DNA from: Felis catus | Lineage: Eukaryota | Direction of reading: 5' to 3' | Assembly (NCBI RefSeq): GCF_018350175.1 | Contig: NC_058368.1 | Coordinates: 213,964,001 to 214,028,000 of the forward strand | Length of the DNA stretch: 64,000 nucleotides | Shown here: positions 24,686 through 37,597 of the stretch, one piece after another | Layout: the number at the start of each line of letters is the position of its first letter | Position numbering within the stretch: position 1 is the first letter of the stretch | Made by a program: the position numbers and the translations under genes | The notes under the pieces: model-generated | Seen by the model: only the letters and a program-made list of their open reading frames with translations | Told to the model about the DNA's origin: nothing | The model's database searches: none

Positions 24686-25969
24686 GTAAGGAGGGTTTTC
24701 TGCTGTCCCCTAATAATTACATTTTATAGGTAACATACTTACTGTTACCCTCTTTGTAATTATCTAAATAAGGGATTGAAACACAATGTATCTTGTCTCT
24801 TCTGTACAGCTTGAAAGCTATATGTCTGTGGCTCTTGCCCTGATAACTTGTACTCACTGACGCTGTAATGCACAAGATTATAAGATGAAAGGCTAGTGTC
24901 TTTGTCCTGTCAAGTTTATGTTCAAGTTGCTACAACCACAAGAGATCCAGCTTGTCTTGGTCTCGATGCTTCAGAGCTTATATTCAATTTGTAGAGAAGG
25001 GGATGATATTTTAAAATGTCATTTCATTTTCTAGGATTTGTCTTTAATCCATTTCTCACTCTTCTGATCTCAAGGGAAGTAATTTTAATGACGAGATTTT
25101 GGTATGCATATGTGTGTGCGTGCATGTGTGTATTTGTATGTATTTTCTCTCCAGAAGTGTGTTTGTGTCCTTAATTCAGGGGTAGGGGTAGGAAAGCCCA
25201 TAGGGTCTCTCTTTTAAAGGGAGACAACATGTACCTCTCTGGGAACTATCTTGAGCTATTTGTATTCTTTCTGGGTCATTTCTTTTCCCAAAAAGGACAT
25301 AATGAGACAGAGGGGGCTCTTCTCCAAGCCTGTTCTCACTGGACACAATAGGACTAAACAAGCTAGCTGCCCCAATCAACAGCAGATCCTAAAAACTGGG
25401 GTGAGATTTAGGAGCGGCAGTTGCCGATGGTGCAACTGTCCATGTGGCCTTCTTCCAAATCTCCATGCTTTCCATCAACCCCTTTGGCTTTCCTTGGGGC
25501 CAGTCTTGGTTCTGTTCCTGTCCCTGTTGTATTTGTAAAGGATATGCCACCACTGCTGCCTGCTCGGGGCTTCCAGGCTCGTCTTCAGAGGCTACTCATA
25601 ACTCAGCCCCAGCGAAGGTATTTGTTTCCAGGCCTGGTATCTGAGTGTCACATAAATTTGCTCTTAGCAGTCCATGACCAACCGCTCAGGTCTTTGTTGT
25701 CATCAGATTTGTCAGAGAAGTCTTTTAACACAAGTAGATGTGAAAATAGGAGTGAATGGTGCTGTTTGGGTTTTAGTACATTCAGATATACTGTGCTTCC
25801 TATTTAACTTTCATAGACTTTTAATCAAACCCTTCAGTTTGGTTCAACACAGCTGATACCTGTTGTGCAGATATTGTGTGCCAGGCCTGTTTTTGTAACT
25901 TGGAGCTACAGACAGAAGGTTGTGATGCATATTTATTTATGTACCTTTTTTTTTTTTTTTTTTTTGCAG

Positions 25970-26069
25970 TGTCCATTTGTACTACTTGTTTCCTAGTCTG
26001 GAAGAAGGAGGATTAGCAACTTACCGGACCGCCATTGTTCAGAATCAGCACCTTGCCATGTTAGCAAAG
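25970..26069 (+). CDS. DROSHA: DROSHA exon F (100 nt, ~aa 981-1014)
   Basis: T20-gcag|TGTC...GCAAAG|gtatgt; VHLYYLFPSLEEGGLATYRTAIVQNQHLAMLAK. Confidence 0.98.
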
Positions 26070-26892
26070 GTATGTCAAGCATCTGAAGCATTTGTGGTAA
26101 AGTTGGAAGTTTTCTTCTTCATTCCATGCATAATTTTGCATTTGAATAAGTAACTCTTTAGGGTATATTAAGAGTTTAATATTTTATAGACTGGGAAGGA
26201 TTTTTTTTGTTTGGGTTTTAAAGATTCAGTCTTATTAGTTCTGTTACCTTTGTGAGTTCACCAGCAACTAATGAACTCCATGGTGAAGTAACTTGATAAC
26301 AGAAGAGGAAAAATTTGACAGATGTGCGTGAATAGAGTTAAACATTTGGGGAAAAGGAACAAGAACAGAGCAAAGAAATGAAATATTTTGTATCTTCCCT
26401 TTGTGTAAAATTTCTGTATGGCATTTGTTTTTAATTTACACTAATAAGCAGCATTATAGCTTTGAATGAAATATGCCTGCTCATTTATACCCACAAGGGA
26501 TACTTTCTAGATGTTTGAGAATTCCCAGATATCACAAATCCCAGTAATTAAGATTTAGGGTTTAGGTTGTCCAGCCAGCCACATTGACTTCATTGTTTGA
26601 CTCTTTTCAGTTTAGATTCATGGTGGACATTTTACTTATTTACATTATCTTATCTGATCTTCCTGTCTCTATATGGTGTCTTAGGACAGCAAATTAGAGC
26701 AAACCAATTCAGGCGCTGGAATTGGCCACCAGGATTCCAGTCCACACCTCTCTTACAAACAGTGGGGTGAGGGGGACCTAGGCAGGTTGCTGTCTCTCCT
26801 CCAAGCCTCTGCTCTCTCATCTGTAAAGTGGAGATGGCATCAGTGCCTGCCATTCAGGGTGGTTGTAAGAAAGGAAATTATTGTTTGAGTGG

Positions 26893-26921
26893 TTTTGTTT
26901 TTTTAAGTTTCTTTAGTTATT

Positions 26922-26966
<45 letters not shown>

Positions 26967-27082
26967 CCAAACAGGCTCCACACCATTAGTTGAGAGCCCT
27001 ATGCAGGGCTCGAACTCACACCATGAGATCGTGACTTGAGCTGAAGTCGAACACGTAACCAACTGAGCCACCCAGGTGCCCC
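26893..27082 (-). mobile_element. Can-SINE (adjoining a MIR fragment)
   Basis: TSD aaattat(t/c)gtttgagt; (GA)n; MIR-like ctcatctgtaaagtggag immediately upstream. Confidence 0.9.
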
Positions 27083-29697
27083 AAAATTATCGTTTGAGTT
27101 GGGAGAATTCACTTTGTAAAGTACTTGGCATAATCCTTGTTAGTAGTAATCACAGAAAGAGGTAAATAAATTAGTAGGAGTTTGTTGTTTTTATTGTTGC
27201 TACCACTGTTTTCATTATAAATTATGACATTTTAAAGACCTGTGTGTTTATTCAGTAGTAAGGGAAACTGTGGCTTTTAAATCTCCAAACACCAATCTAT
27301 GATTCATTGGAAAAACTTTTCTGAGTTTCCCTTGATTTTTGCTTTCTTTTTCTTTTTCTTTTTTTCTTCATTTTATAGAAAAGACTGGATTAAACCCATC
27401 CTGGTTCTTAATTTGATCTTGCTAAGGCATTTAGTATATTCAAAATGGTTAATTTTAGCCTCTGGTTTTTATGTTAGCAAGAGTGTATTCTTTAATTTTA
27501 TGTAACAACATCATCATAATGACGGCATTTGAGAATGCAAGTAATGACACATTAATGAAAAACTGTAGGCGACATGTATGCCAACTTGGTTTTAGGAGCT
27601 TCACAATGAGTGAAATTCTACAACCCTACGTACAACTACTTCAATGTTACGTTGCTTTAATTGTCAAAATGTTTCCTGACAGGGCACATAAATGTCTACT
27701 GGAAATAAATGTTAATAAGTAGTTAACTCCCTCCCAATTTTTTTTTTCAGTTTAAGATATAATGGATTGTTTTTCAAACAGTTGTAGGCAGGATATTTAC
27801 AAAGTTTGAAAAATTGCCATAGCAGGAAAACAGAAACTGTTATGTGACACCTGGGGTACGTACAAACCCGTGAGTTAATTTTCCCAGTTTCTCCCTTCAC
27901 TTTTCTGTATGATCTTCTTCCACCCCAAGTACTGACACTCCCATAGCATTCAACATTCATCTGCTCCAGCAGAAGGCAGTGGTGGCCTTGCCCTCTGTCT
28001 AGACCAGTGGTTTGAACCATTTGGGAGGGAAGTACTTGACAGAGGATTGCTGAGAATCTCTGAGAATCTAATGAAAGCTCAGGTCAGCTCTCCACAGACA
28101 GATGAACTTTTAACACAAGCACCAGTTGAACACCACTCTCCTTTTTAAAAGTTCCACTAATGCCTACGGGAAAAAGTAAAGATGTAGAGCAGGGATTATG
28201 AAAACTTGGAAAATTCATAGCATTCCAGAATACTTGTTTGTAATATAAAACATGACTTGCAGTCTATTCTCAAACAGGGCTCCAGAGATTAGCAGACAAT
28301 TGGATTTTCCCAGTGAAGTTGTGCAACAGATGAAATTTACATATTCTAGCATAAGCTCTTGCACTTAGGGATCAATTTTTTAAAAGATGTGTTTTCTGCT
28401 GTTGCATTTGTGGTAGTCGAAACTCATTTGAATATATTTTGTACTCATGAATTCGTAGCAGTACAGAATACTGATAGCACATATGTCTGGTTTTTATTGT
28501 CTCTTTTTCCAGTGTAAATGGACATGGATATTAAAATTCACTGAGACACACGAAATCTGAGTATCCTATTTGAGGACTGATAAGACTTCTATTGTCCTAG
28601 TTGGTTCATTAACTTGTGACTTGGTCTATATTACATAGCATGTTCCTGTTTAGTAAGAATTTATTGAACTGAATTATAGGGTAATGGAAACAGATTTATT
28701 GCATGCATATGCAATGTTTGTATTTTTCTCCTTTTATGGGAAGAATTGTGATTTCCATTTATTCAGTCTCAGCAGTTTTATTTTAAAAAATCATTCATAC
28801 TGTGTCTAGTTCTAAAAGGACTTGATTTGTGTCTTATAATACAATAGGGTAAGAAATCAGTAGGACTTAACTCAAAGTAAAGAGAAAATATGCAGGAAAA
28901 TAAATGAAGCCAGAAGTGAAGTTACTATACACAGATATATTCATAAGTCCTACACAATTTCCAGATCTTGGCCACAAATTTGGTTCTAAACTTTTCTGAG
29001 GCCAAATTAAAAAAAAAGAAGCATAATTCATTACAAACAATAGTCCAGGAGCCCTTAAGGTAAATCCAACCTCATTGCTCAGATTTCACTGAGCCTTCTG
29101 AAAGATGAGTACAGAGACCTCACAGAGTGGACACAAGTACAGAGATAAAGGGCCACAGAAATCCTTAATCCAAACTACAAAAAAAAAAAAAAAAAAAAAA
29201 AAAAAGATTTAGAGATACAAGGCATTTTGAAATCTTCCAAGGGTTCCCATTGGTTTTGCCACATACAGATTTGTTCTGTATAGTACAGACATCAATACCG
29301 TATAAATTGGGAATCAAAGAGGTTGACTTTGGGTTAGATTTGTGTCTCTAGACATGTTGGGTGAACCCAAAGGCCCATGGTCTTATAGCATAGTCTTTTT
29401 CCAGCTTTGGCTAGTGCTTGGTCTGAACTTGGAATTAGACTCAGATCTGATCAGTTCTGAACCATCAGAGTTGAAACATCAGAGTTCATAGAAGCCTCGT
29501 TGGGGAAAGGTTGAGATTAGTCAGATCTGAACCATATGTAAGGACTCCTAATGAATGGCAAGCTAAACTCTCTTACTTTATTGACATAAGACCAATTAAT
29601 TTGTATCCATAACCCCTTACCCCCAGGAGATGTTGAGTTGTTGCAGTTATGACTTCGTCAGATTCTTTCTTTCTTATTGTCATTTTGAATTTTGTAG

Positions 29698-29800
29698 AAA
29701 CTTGAACTGGATCGTTTTATGCTTTATGCTCATGGACCTGACCTTTGTAGGGAATCAGACCTTCGACATGCAATGGCTAATTGTTTTGAAGCATTAATAG
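29698..29800 (+). CDS. DROSHA: DROSHA exon G (103 nt, ~aa 1015-1049), RIIIDa N1042/E1045
   Basis: tttgtag|AAACTT...ATAG|gtaatt; KLELDRFMLYAHGPDLCRESDLRHAMANCFEALI(G); E1045 codon at 29788-29790. Confidence 0.98.
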
Positions 29801-31321
29801 GTAATTTCTCTTTTTATAATCTAATTTCTTGTATGCTTAAAATGTTTGGAGACCATATAAAATTCAGTGTGGAAACTTGGGACAAAGTTAGTTGTTTCCA
29901 AAGCATGTGAGGTCCCTAGTAGAACACTAACTTCACGTATTGTAGCTCTTCCAGAGCAGCAGTCTTGCTTTCTTTTCTTGCATTCCCCATGCCTGAACTG
30001 GTGTCTGATGTCATGTACGTGCATGGTTAGTATATACTGAATTGAATTGAAGTAAGTTAATATGTAGATGGATTACTTTCCAGATTTGATTCAGGACCAC
30101 ATGCATAAATAAACAGCAAGTAGGTTGCTTGTGAGGCCCTAACACTGTTTTTAATCACATTTTAAACTGTTTACAAGATTTTCTGACTTCAACATCTTGA
30201 AAACATTGCATTTTTTAAATCCCAGGGCTTGAGTCTATGTAACTATTACTTACTTGAAGCAAGACTGATGCAGACACTTTACGTCCTCGGTTTCTTTTTT
30301 ACTATAACCAGAATATAGTTAGCTATTGGCACAGGAAAGTTATGAAGAGTTAATGAGCTGGTGATTGCAAGTATGCTTTACAGTGAAATGTAACAGTAGA
30401 TTGACAATTCCTTGATTTTTTTTTTTTTTTTTTTTTTAGGTAAATGATTGAGTACATTTTATGTTTCAAAGGCCTTTGTGCTTCCTTATCAATTTTTCCT
30501 TCTTCCTTTGAAAATGAGTATAAAAGCATCCCATTATAGTTTTGTACTGATGATGGTAACAAGAGAATGTTTAATAATTAGTATCCACAGTCTTTTCACA
30601 GCTATGTCTGTTTTGCACAAATATGTCTATTTTCAGAGAATGTGTCACATGGAATTACTGTGCTCTGTACACATAATAATTTTGACAGTGTTACAGTTGG
30701 CTCCCAAGCCAGGCAGACATGATTCAATTCCTTTTTGCTTTATTTATCAGCACTGTGTCTTCACCAAGTTACTGAGTCTCTTTGAGCCTCAGTTTCCCCA
30801 TCTGTGACATGGAGATAGGATCACTTATCTCACAGAATTGTGAGAATCTTAATATGCAATCCTGGCAGCCACCCCTTCAGAGTTCCATTTCCTTAAACCT
30901 TCCCCAAATCACCTACTATAAGCCAAAGTCCTATAAATCTTTTGTAACACTCTTTACTGAGGTGTCCTATGAAGGTGAAGGTAAGAATGCAAAAATGCTT
31001 TGCACTTTGCCTAGGGCCTGAGTAGTCCCCAAACCACTACTGTTACTTTTACTATCCTCCTCATTGTTACTAGCATTATTATTATTATTACTATAACTAT
31101 GGACAAATAATAAATGTACTTATTCATCAAAAGTCCTGGTGACTAAGTGTCTTAATGTTTTACTTAAGAAATGCCTTTCTGAAGACAGATATAAAAATAT
31201 GATTTCAAAAATATAGGACTATCTTACTCCAGAGTTATTTGATACTCAATTAAAATGTTATTTGATACCCAGTTTAAATGTTAGTTATTTCAAATTAAAG
31301 AAAAAGGTTGTCCTGATTTTT

Positions 31322-31337
31322 TAAAATTTATTTATTT

Positions 31338-31382
<45 letters not shown>

Positions 31383-32446
31383 CCCAAGCAGGCTCTGCGC
31401 TGTCAGTGTAGATCCCAACCTGGGGCTCAGTCCCATGAACCGTGAGATCATGACCTGAGCTGGGGTTAAAAGTTGGAAGCTCATCACCAAACTCCACACC
31501 CAAAAACAAATAATCCAGTGAAGAAATGGGCAGAAAACATGAATAGACAGTTCTGTAAAGAAGACATCCAGATGGCCAACAGGCACATGAAAAGAGGCTC
31601 AACATCGCTCCTCATCAGGGAAATACAAATCAAAACCACACTCAGATATCACCTCACGCCAGTCAGAGTGGCCAAAATGAACAAATCAGGAGACTATAGA
31701 TGCTGGAGAGGATGTGGAGAAACAGGAACCCTCCTGCACTATTGGTGGGAATGCAAACTGGTGCAGCCACTCTGGAAAACAGTGTGGAGGTTCCTCAAAA
31801 AATTAAAAATAGACCTACCCTATGACCCAGCAATAGCACTGTTGGGAATTTACCCAAGGGATACAGGAGTGCTGATGCATAGGGGCACTTGTACCCCAGT
31901 GTTTATAGCAGCACTCTCAACAATAGCCAAATTATGGAAAGAGCTTAAATGTCCATCAACTGACGAATGGATAAAGAAATTGTGGTTTATATACACAATG
32001 GAATACTACGTGGCAGTGAGAAAGAATGAAATATGGCCCTTTGTAGCAACGTGGATGGAACTGGAGAGTGTTATGCTAAGTGAAATAAGTCATACAGAGA
32101 AAGACAGAGACCATATGTTTTCACTCTTATGTGGATCCTGAGAAACTTAACAGAAACCCATGGAGGAGGGGAAGGAAAAAAAAAAAAAAAAGAGGTTAGA
32201 GTGGGAGAGAGCCAAAGCATAGGAGACTCTTAAAAACTGAGAACAAACTGAGGGTTGATGGGGGGTGGAAGGGAGGGGAGGGTAGGTGATGGGTATTGAA
32301 GAGGGCATCTTTTGGGATGAGAACTGGGTGTTGTATGGAAACCAATTTGACAATAAATTTCATATATTAAAAAATAAAAAGATAGAATTCCACCCCCCCC
32401 CCAAAAAAAGTTGGAAGCTCAGCCAACTGAGCCATCCAGGTACCCC
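31322..32446 (-). mobile_element. Can-SINE split by an L1 insertion (31322-31483 and 32406-32446)
   Basis: SINE TSD ttgtcctgattttt at 31308-31321 and 32452-32465; the two halves join to give a complete SINE. Confidence 0.92.
31484..32405 (+). mobile_element. Young 5'-truncated L1 (felid L1_Fc-like): ORF2 C-terminus plus 3' UTR
   Basis: Uninterrupted frame of ~210 aa ending at 32141 with the ORF2 Cys-rich motif [19 protein letters not shown]-rich 3' UTR; AATAAA at 32352; perfect 16-bp TSD AAAAGTTGGAAGCTCA at 31468-31483 and 32406-32421 on a TT/AAAA endonuclease site. Confidence 0.96.
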
Positions 32447-32886
32447 TGAGATTGTCCTGATTTTTATTTGCAGAAGGCTTCATTGATCTGAGCTCAGGTT
32501 TTATCAGGTCTTTTTATGGTCTAAAACATAAACTATAAATATAAAATAAAACCTAACATGCTCGTAAAGTCGGTATTTGTGCATAGTTCCCTTAGTAAGT
32601 TCATACCCATACCTCGCATGATAGTTCATAGTAGGCCTCTTTTTACTTAAAATATTGGATTTAGGTTTTAGTAACTTGAATTTCACATTTCAGTCTAATT
32701 TATAGTACAAATCCTGGCTAAGAGAGGGAAGATGCTACCTTTAAATTAGTTGCTCTGGTCTTGTCAATTTTTTTTCTTTAATGTGAGTGAGTTTTGGCTT
32801 GCCTTTTTGCTTTATTTATAGAGACATATAATTTTCTTTGAATATTAATGCAGCCTTCCTTTTGGCATTCTCTTCCTTTTATCTAG

Positions 32887-32957
32887 GAGCTGTTTACTTG
32901 GAGGGAAGCCTGGAGGAAGCCAAACAGTTATTTGGACGCTTACTCTTTAATGATCCG
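32887..32957 (+). CDS. DROSHA: DROSHA exon H (71 nt, ~aa 1049-1072)
   Basis: atctag|GAGCT...GATCCG|gtattt; AVYLEGSLEEAKQLFGRLLFNDP. Confidence 0.97.
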
Positions 32958-34840
32958 GTATTTATCTTGAATCATTTGATTTTTCTCAAGTATCATTATA
33001 GAAGATTTTATATCAATTAGTGTTTGTGTTTAAAGAGAGTGTAGGAGAAACGAAGTTCCCGAATATGCCATGGATGGTAGATTTCAATACAACAAAAATA
33101 ACTTACTCAACCCTGTTGCAAATGGGAAAGTTCTGTGGGCATTTGCACTAGGAATTTGCCTTCTACCTGAGACCCCATTTCTCCCATGGCCACTTACCAA
33201 ATTCAATATGAATACTTTGTTTTATTTTCAAGTATCTTGAAGTTGATTATGATTTTCTGTTTTATAATGGTTGGGTACCTATGCCATGCAAGCTTACTTG
33301 AAGCTATAGCCTTTTGGCTTTTCTGTTTAGGATTTATTTTTATATAAACTATGTAGACTAGATACATGTATATTTATTTTAGAAAGTCAGTTCATAGGGA
33401 GTTTCTGACAGGGCTATGAATAAAGAGTATGAAGGTACTTTTTTTTTCTTCCTTAAACAAGTTATAGTTTAAGAACAAATGATAGATTCTAAAATAGTCC
33501 CTATTGTTACTAAAGTATTAAGCTATTAATATTGCTAGAGCCACTTTTTAAAATCCTGCATGTAATAGAGCATACTGGATGCTTTTTGTACCAAAACAAG
33601 TCAATTTAACATTTAAAGGGAGACGCAACTCTGTATTCCAAATTGAAATGTCATTATAATTGAGTGAAATAGCCCTCATGGAGCAATAAAGAACACAGGA
33701 AGCCAGTGTTTTAAGCCTTTGTGAAGCCTTCAGCTTAAATGGCTGTCAGATGTTATTACTGAATTACTTAGGATATTTAAAAAAAAAAAAAAGAATCAAT
33801 AGTTTTGAAAAATGTGACCTCAATAATGTTCATATTTGAGGATTTGATTTTTTTATATTTGTTTTTATAGAGATTTGTGATGATTTTATGTTTGTGAATT
33901 TTCTCCTGATGGGAAAGTTATCTACAGATGTTCCATGTTCCCCATTTTGTCCTACACATACAAATGAGTGTGCATCTTGATTTATATCTATAGCAGATGG
34001 CATGTATTTTAAGTCTTTTTCTCAAATCTTAAAATATCTTTGTTTTGGCCTTTATCTTTTGTTGGCAATTTCAGCAACTTCTTTACTTTCTTCCTCCTTC
34101 CAGTCTTGCCTTACACTAGTCCCCTCACTCCCAGCTACTCCCTGCCCCCTTCTCCCATCGTACCTGCTGCACCCCCCCCCCCAAATCTATGCTGTGTTCC
34201 TGGTTTCCTGAATTATATGCAGGTTTACACCATGTGCTTTTCATTGCATTGGTTTTTGTTTAGATTCGTTTCTCTTTTTAAACTGCTTCTTTCTCCCACT
34301 TGTCTACTTAGCAAGCTTATCTTATATTTCCAGTACCGAGTGCAGTGCTGGCAAGCACAGTATTTAATAAATATTTGTTAACAGAATAAAATGAATAAGT
34401 GATTCAATGAAAAAGCAGAGTCTGAACATGATCTTACAAATGGGAAGGCCGAGATTCAGAATTCATCTTAGTGTGTCTTTATGAAACTGAGCAGTGCTTA
34501 GTAATACATGGTCTTTCTGTTTCACCATTTTCAAGTGCACACACCAGGCCATTCTGACTCATTTGACATCTCCATATTGGTTCACATCTATTAGGTGTAA
34601 TGTGTGAGAGACGGGGGTGAACCGTTGAATTTTTTCTTGAGTAATGATACTGTGAAAGTCTAATCAGCCACAGGCAGCCAGACACAAACCTGTAGGCCCA
34701 CAAAACAGAGTTATTGAATCCATGTAGTGAGGGAGGCGGGAGGGCTGGTGCTGGTGGATTGTAAGGAGGAGCCAGGGAAGCAGGGATGAGTTCTTGGTTG
34801 GTAGTCTTTTCTGAAGCTGAGTTAGAAGAAGCCATGGGTT

Positions 34841-34964
34841 GGGGTGCCTGGGTGCCTCAGTTGATTGAATGACCACCTCTTGGTTTTGGCTCAGGTCATG
34901 ATCCCATGGTGGTGGGATTGAGCCCCTCGTCAGGTACTGCACTGAGTGTGGAGCCTGCTTGAGA

Positions 34965-35023
<59 letters not shown>

Positions 35024-35100
35024 CCTCCATCCCCCCTCCCCCTCTCCCTCTCTCCCCCACCTCCCTCCCTCTCTCTCAAAAAAAAAAAAAAAAAAAAAAA
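34841..35100 (+). mobile_element. Can-SINE
   Basis: ggggtgcctgggtg head, long (CT)n, pure poly-A tail. Confidence 0.93.
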
Positions 35101-35867
35101 GGCAGCCACGGATTAATTTGGGATTGGGTGCTGTCAGGAGCCAAGGGCAAGTTAACATAGTGTCCCCAGTAATCTTTATTCAGAGGAGAAGACATAGCAA
35201 AGCAGGTCAGAGGGCAACATCGGCAGAAAAGCAGTGGTCCCTCAAAGAGGGTGTCTTTTCTGGCATTTTACAGCGGCTGTAAGACCTTGAGGGAAACATA
35301 GTTTCCTGCCATCTTTGCAGTAGGCTTTATGTCTGTCGTCCCCCTAGCCCTGTTGACAGCGGGACTGTTTCTGCATTCTCAGCCTGGTCTGATATTCATT
35401 CACTCTTTCATCCCAGACTGTTTTTCCTGGTTCCATGTTTTCATCTTTGCGTAGCCCTTCATGGTTTCCCAATACATTCAGATCCATTGTTGCAATCTGA
35501 TCGTCCCAATGGCTTCTTGGAAAGATAGGGAGAGATTACTATGTAATCTTTCATATTCTCCCATTCCCTTCCCACCCCCTTTTTGTCTTTACGTGTCTGT
35601 CCCAATATCTCCTTCCCTGGCCTTTCTCTGGAGCCCCAGAGATTGGGATGTCTTTTCAAATTGCCCCTGGGCAACTTCATGTGGGTACATACCTCATTTC
35701 AACATTTTTAGTGTTTGAACTCATCACCTTAATACTAAAACGTATTTCACCTCTTTTACTTTTATCATCTAAACTGAAAACCTTACGATCTTCTTTTGTC
35801 CTGAAGCTTTTTCCTTCCTATCTCTATGAGTTGCAGACTCTTCTATCAATTCTGTCCCTAGTATGTC

Positions 35868-36092
35868 TTTTTTTTTTTTTTTAATGTTTGTTTATTTATT
35901 TTGAGAGAGAGAGTGTCTGCAAAGGCATGAATGGGGGTGGGACAAAGAGAGAGGGAGAGAAAGAATCCCAAGCTGGCCCCACACTGTTAGCGTGCAGCCC
36001 TATGCGAGGCTCAATCTCATGAACCATGAGATCAAGACCTGAACTGAAATCGAGAGTGGGATGCTTAACTGACTGAGCCACCCAGGCACCCC
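35868..36092 (-). mobile_element. Can-SINE
   Basis: Poly-T; ends cccaggcacccc. Confidence 0.92.
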
Positions 36093-36385
36093 TGTGTCTA
36101 ATATGGCTTGAATTGGTTCCTGTTTGCTTTAATGTTTGCCCTCCTCATTTCTCACATGAAGTATTTAACCATTCCAGTCTATCGTTCACACTACATTTAG
36201 AGTTGTCTTCTTTTTAGTGTATGGATTTGACTATTTTCTTTCTTGCTTAAGATCTTTGATTTCTTTACTGTCTGCCAAGGCCTGTATTATACAACAGAGC
36301 ATTTAATAGTTTTCATAATCTAATTCCCATCTATTTTTTGTTTCCTTTCTTCTCCCCCTTTGTGCCATTCTAGGAATTCCCTTTT

Positions 36386-36715
36386 TTAATTAAAAATTTC
36401 TTTAAGACTTGATTTTTTAGAGCAGTTTTAGGCTCACAGACATATTGAGAGTAAAAATTTCCCATACTCCCGCTCCTCCACCACACGTTCCTAGCCTCTC
36501 CCATTTTATCAACATCACCCATCAGAGTGGTACATTTATTACAGTTGATGAACCTACATTGATACATCATCATCTCTCAAGGTCCCGTAGTTTACCTTAG
36601 GGTTCACTCTTGGTGTTATACATTCTGTGGATTTGGACAAATGTGTAATGCCATGTACCCATTATAATACCATATAGAGTATTTTCACTGTCCTAAAATC
36701 CTGTGTTCTACCTAT
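36386..36715 (-). mobile_element. Old L1 (L1MC-like) 3' fragment
   Basis: ttttagagcagttttaggctcacag...atcagagtggtacattt...ttagggttcactcttggtgttatacattctgtggatttggacaaatg; degenerate TSD tagga(a/g)tt(c/a)ccttttt. Confidence 0.7.
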
Positions 36716-37052
36716 TAGGAGTTACCTTTTTGTGCCTGTTTTCTTTGAGACATATTATTTATGCATATACGGTGCCCTGCTTTTGATTGCCAGTCTCTGC
36801 TGATTTGCCAAATTCCTCATGTCATTCAGGATACATCTGAAGAGTTACCTCTTCTTTGAAGCTTTATCTGATACCCCCAAGCAGAATTTTCCTTGCATTG
36901 ATTTATATCACTATTATAGAACTGATCTCAGTTCATTAAATTATACTTATTTACCTTCATTTTCCCCCACTAGGCTCCTTTGAGGACAGGAATAGTGTCT
37001 CATTTGTTTTAGTAAGCTAATATATAATAGGTATTTGATAAAAATATGTTGC

Positions 37053-37545
37053 TAAACAACAAGTGTTGGTGAGGATGTGGAGAAAAATTCTCTTGTACTG
37101 TTGGTCAGAATGAAAACTGGTGCATCCATTCTGGAAAACAGTATGGAGGTTCCTCAGAAAATTAAAAATAGAACTACCCTACAGTCCACTAATTACACTA
37201 CTGGGTGTTTACCCAAAAAATACAAAAACACTAATTGTAAAAGATACATGCACCCCTATCTTTTTTTTAATGGGTAAGGACAGATTTTAATCAGTAATAT
37301 ACTATTGTAATAAGAAAGAAGGTCTAGTGTGAACTGATCCAACTTTGATTTGGACAGAATGACTGGGCATTTTAAATAGAGTCAGGGAAGTGAAAATGAC
37401 AAAGGAGGGATCAGTGTAAATCAGGTACTTTTATGTTTATTGCATTATTTTATGTTTATTGCATTCTTGCATATGTTATTGCATTATTTACAATAGCCAA
37501 ACTATGGAAGCAGCCCAAGTGTCTATTGATAGATGAATGGATAAA

Positions 37546-37597
<52 letters not shown>

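Noticed and set aside
29441..29535. Palindromic TCAGATCTGA twice, 80 nt apart, with short CATCAGAGTT repeats
   Set aside because: Too short and irregular for an array or element; compatible with local slippage.
31473..32141. Longest ORF in the track (222 aa) as an independent gene
   Set aside because: It is the C-terminal part of L1 ORF2 in a 5'-truncated insertion. The listed start is a TTG in the TSD; there is no promoter and no endonuclease or RT domain.
32884..32889. NAGNAG-type acceptors (TAG GAG at exon H; CAG GAG at exon N)
   Set aside because: A distal GAG is a very poor acceptor; no reason to expect use.
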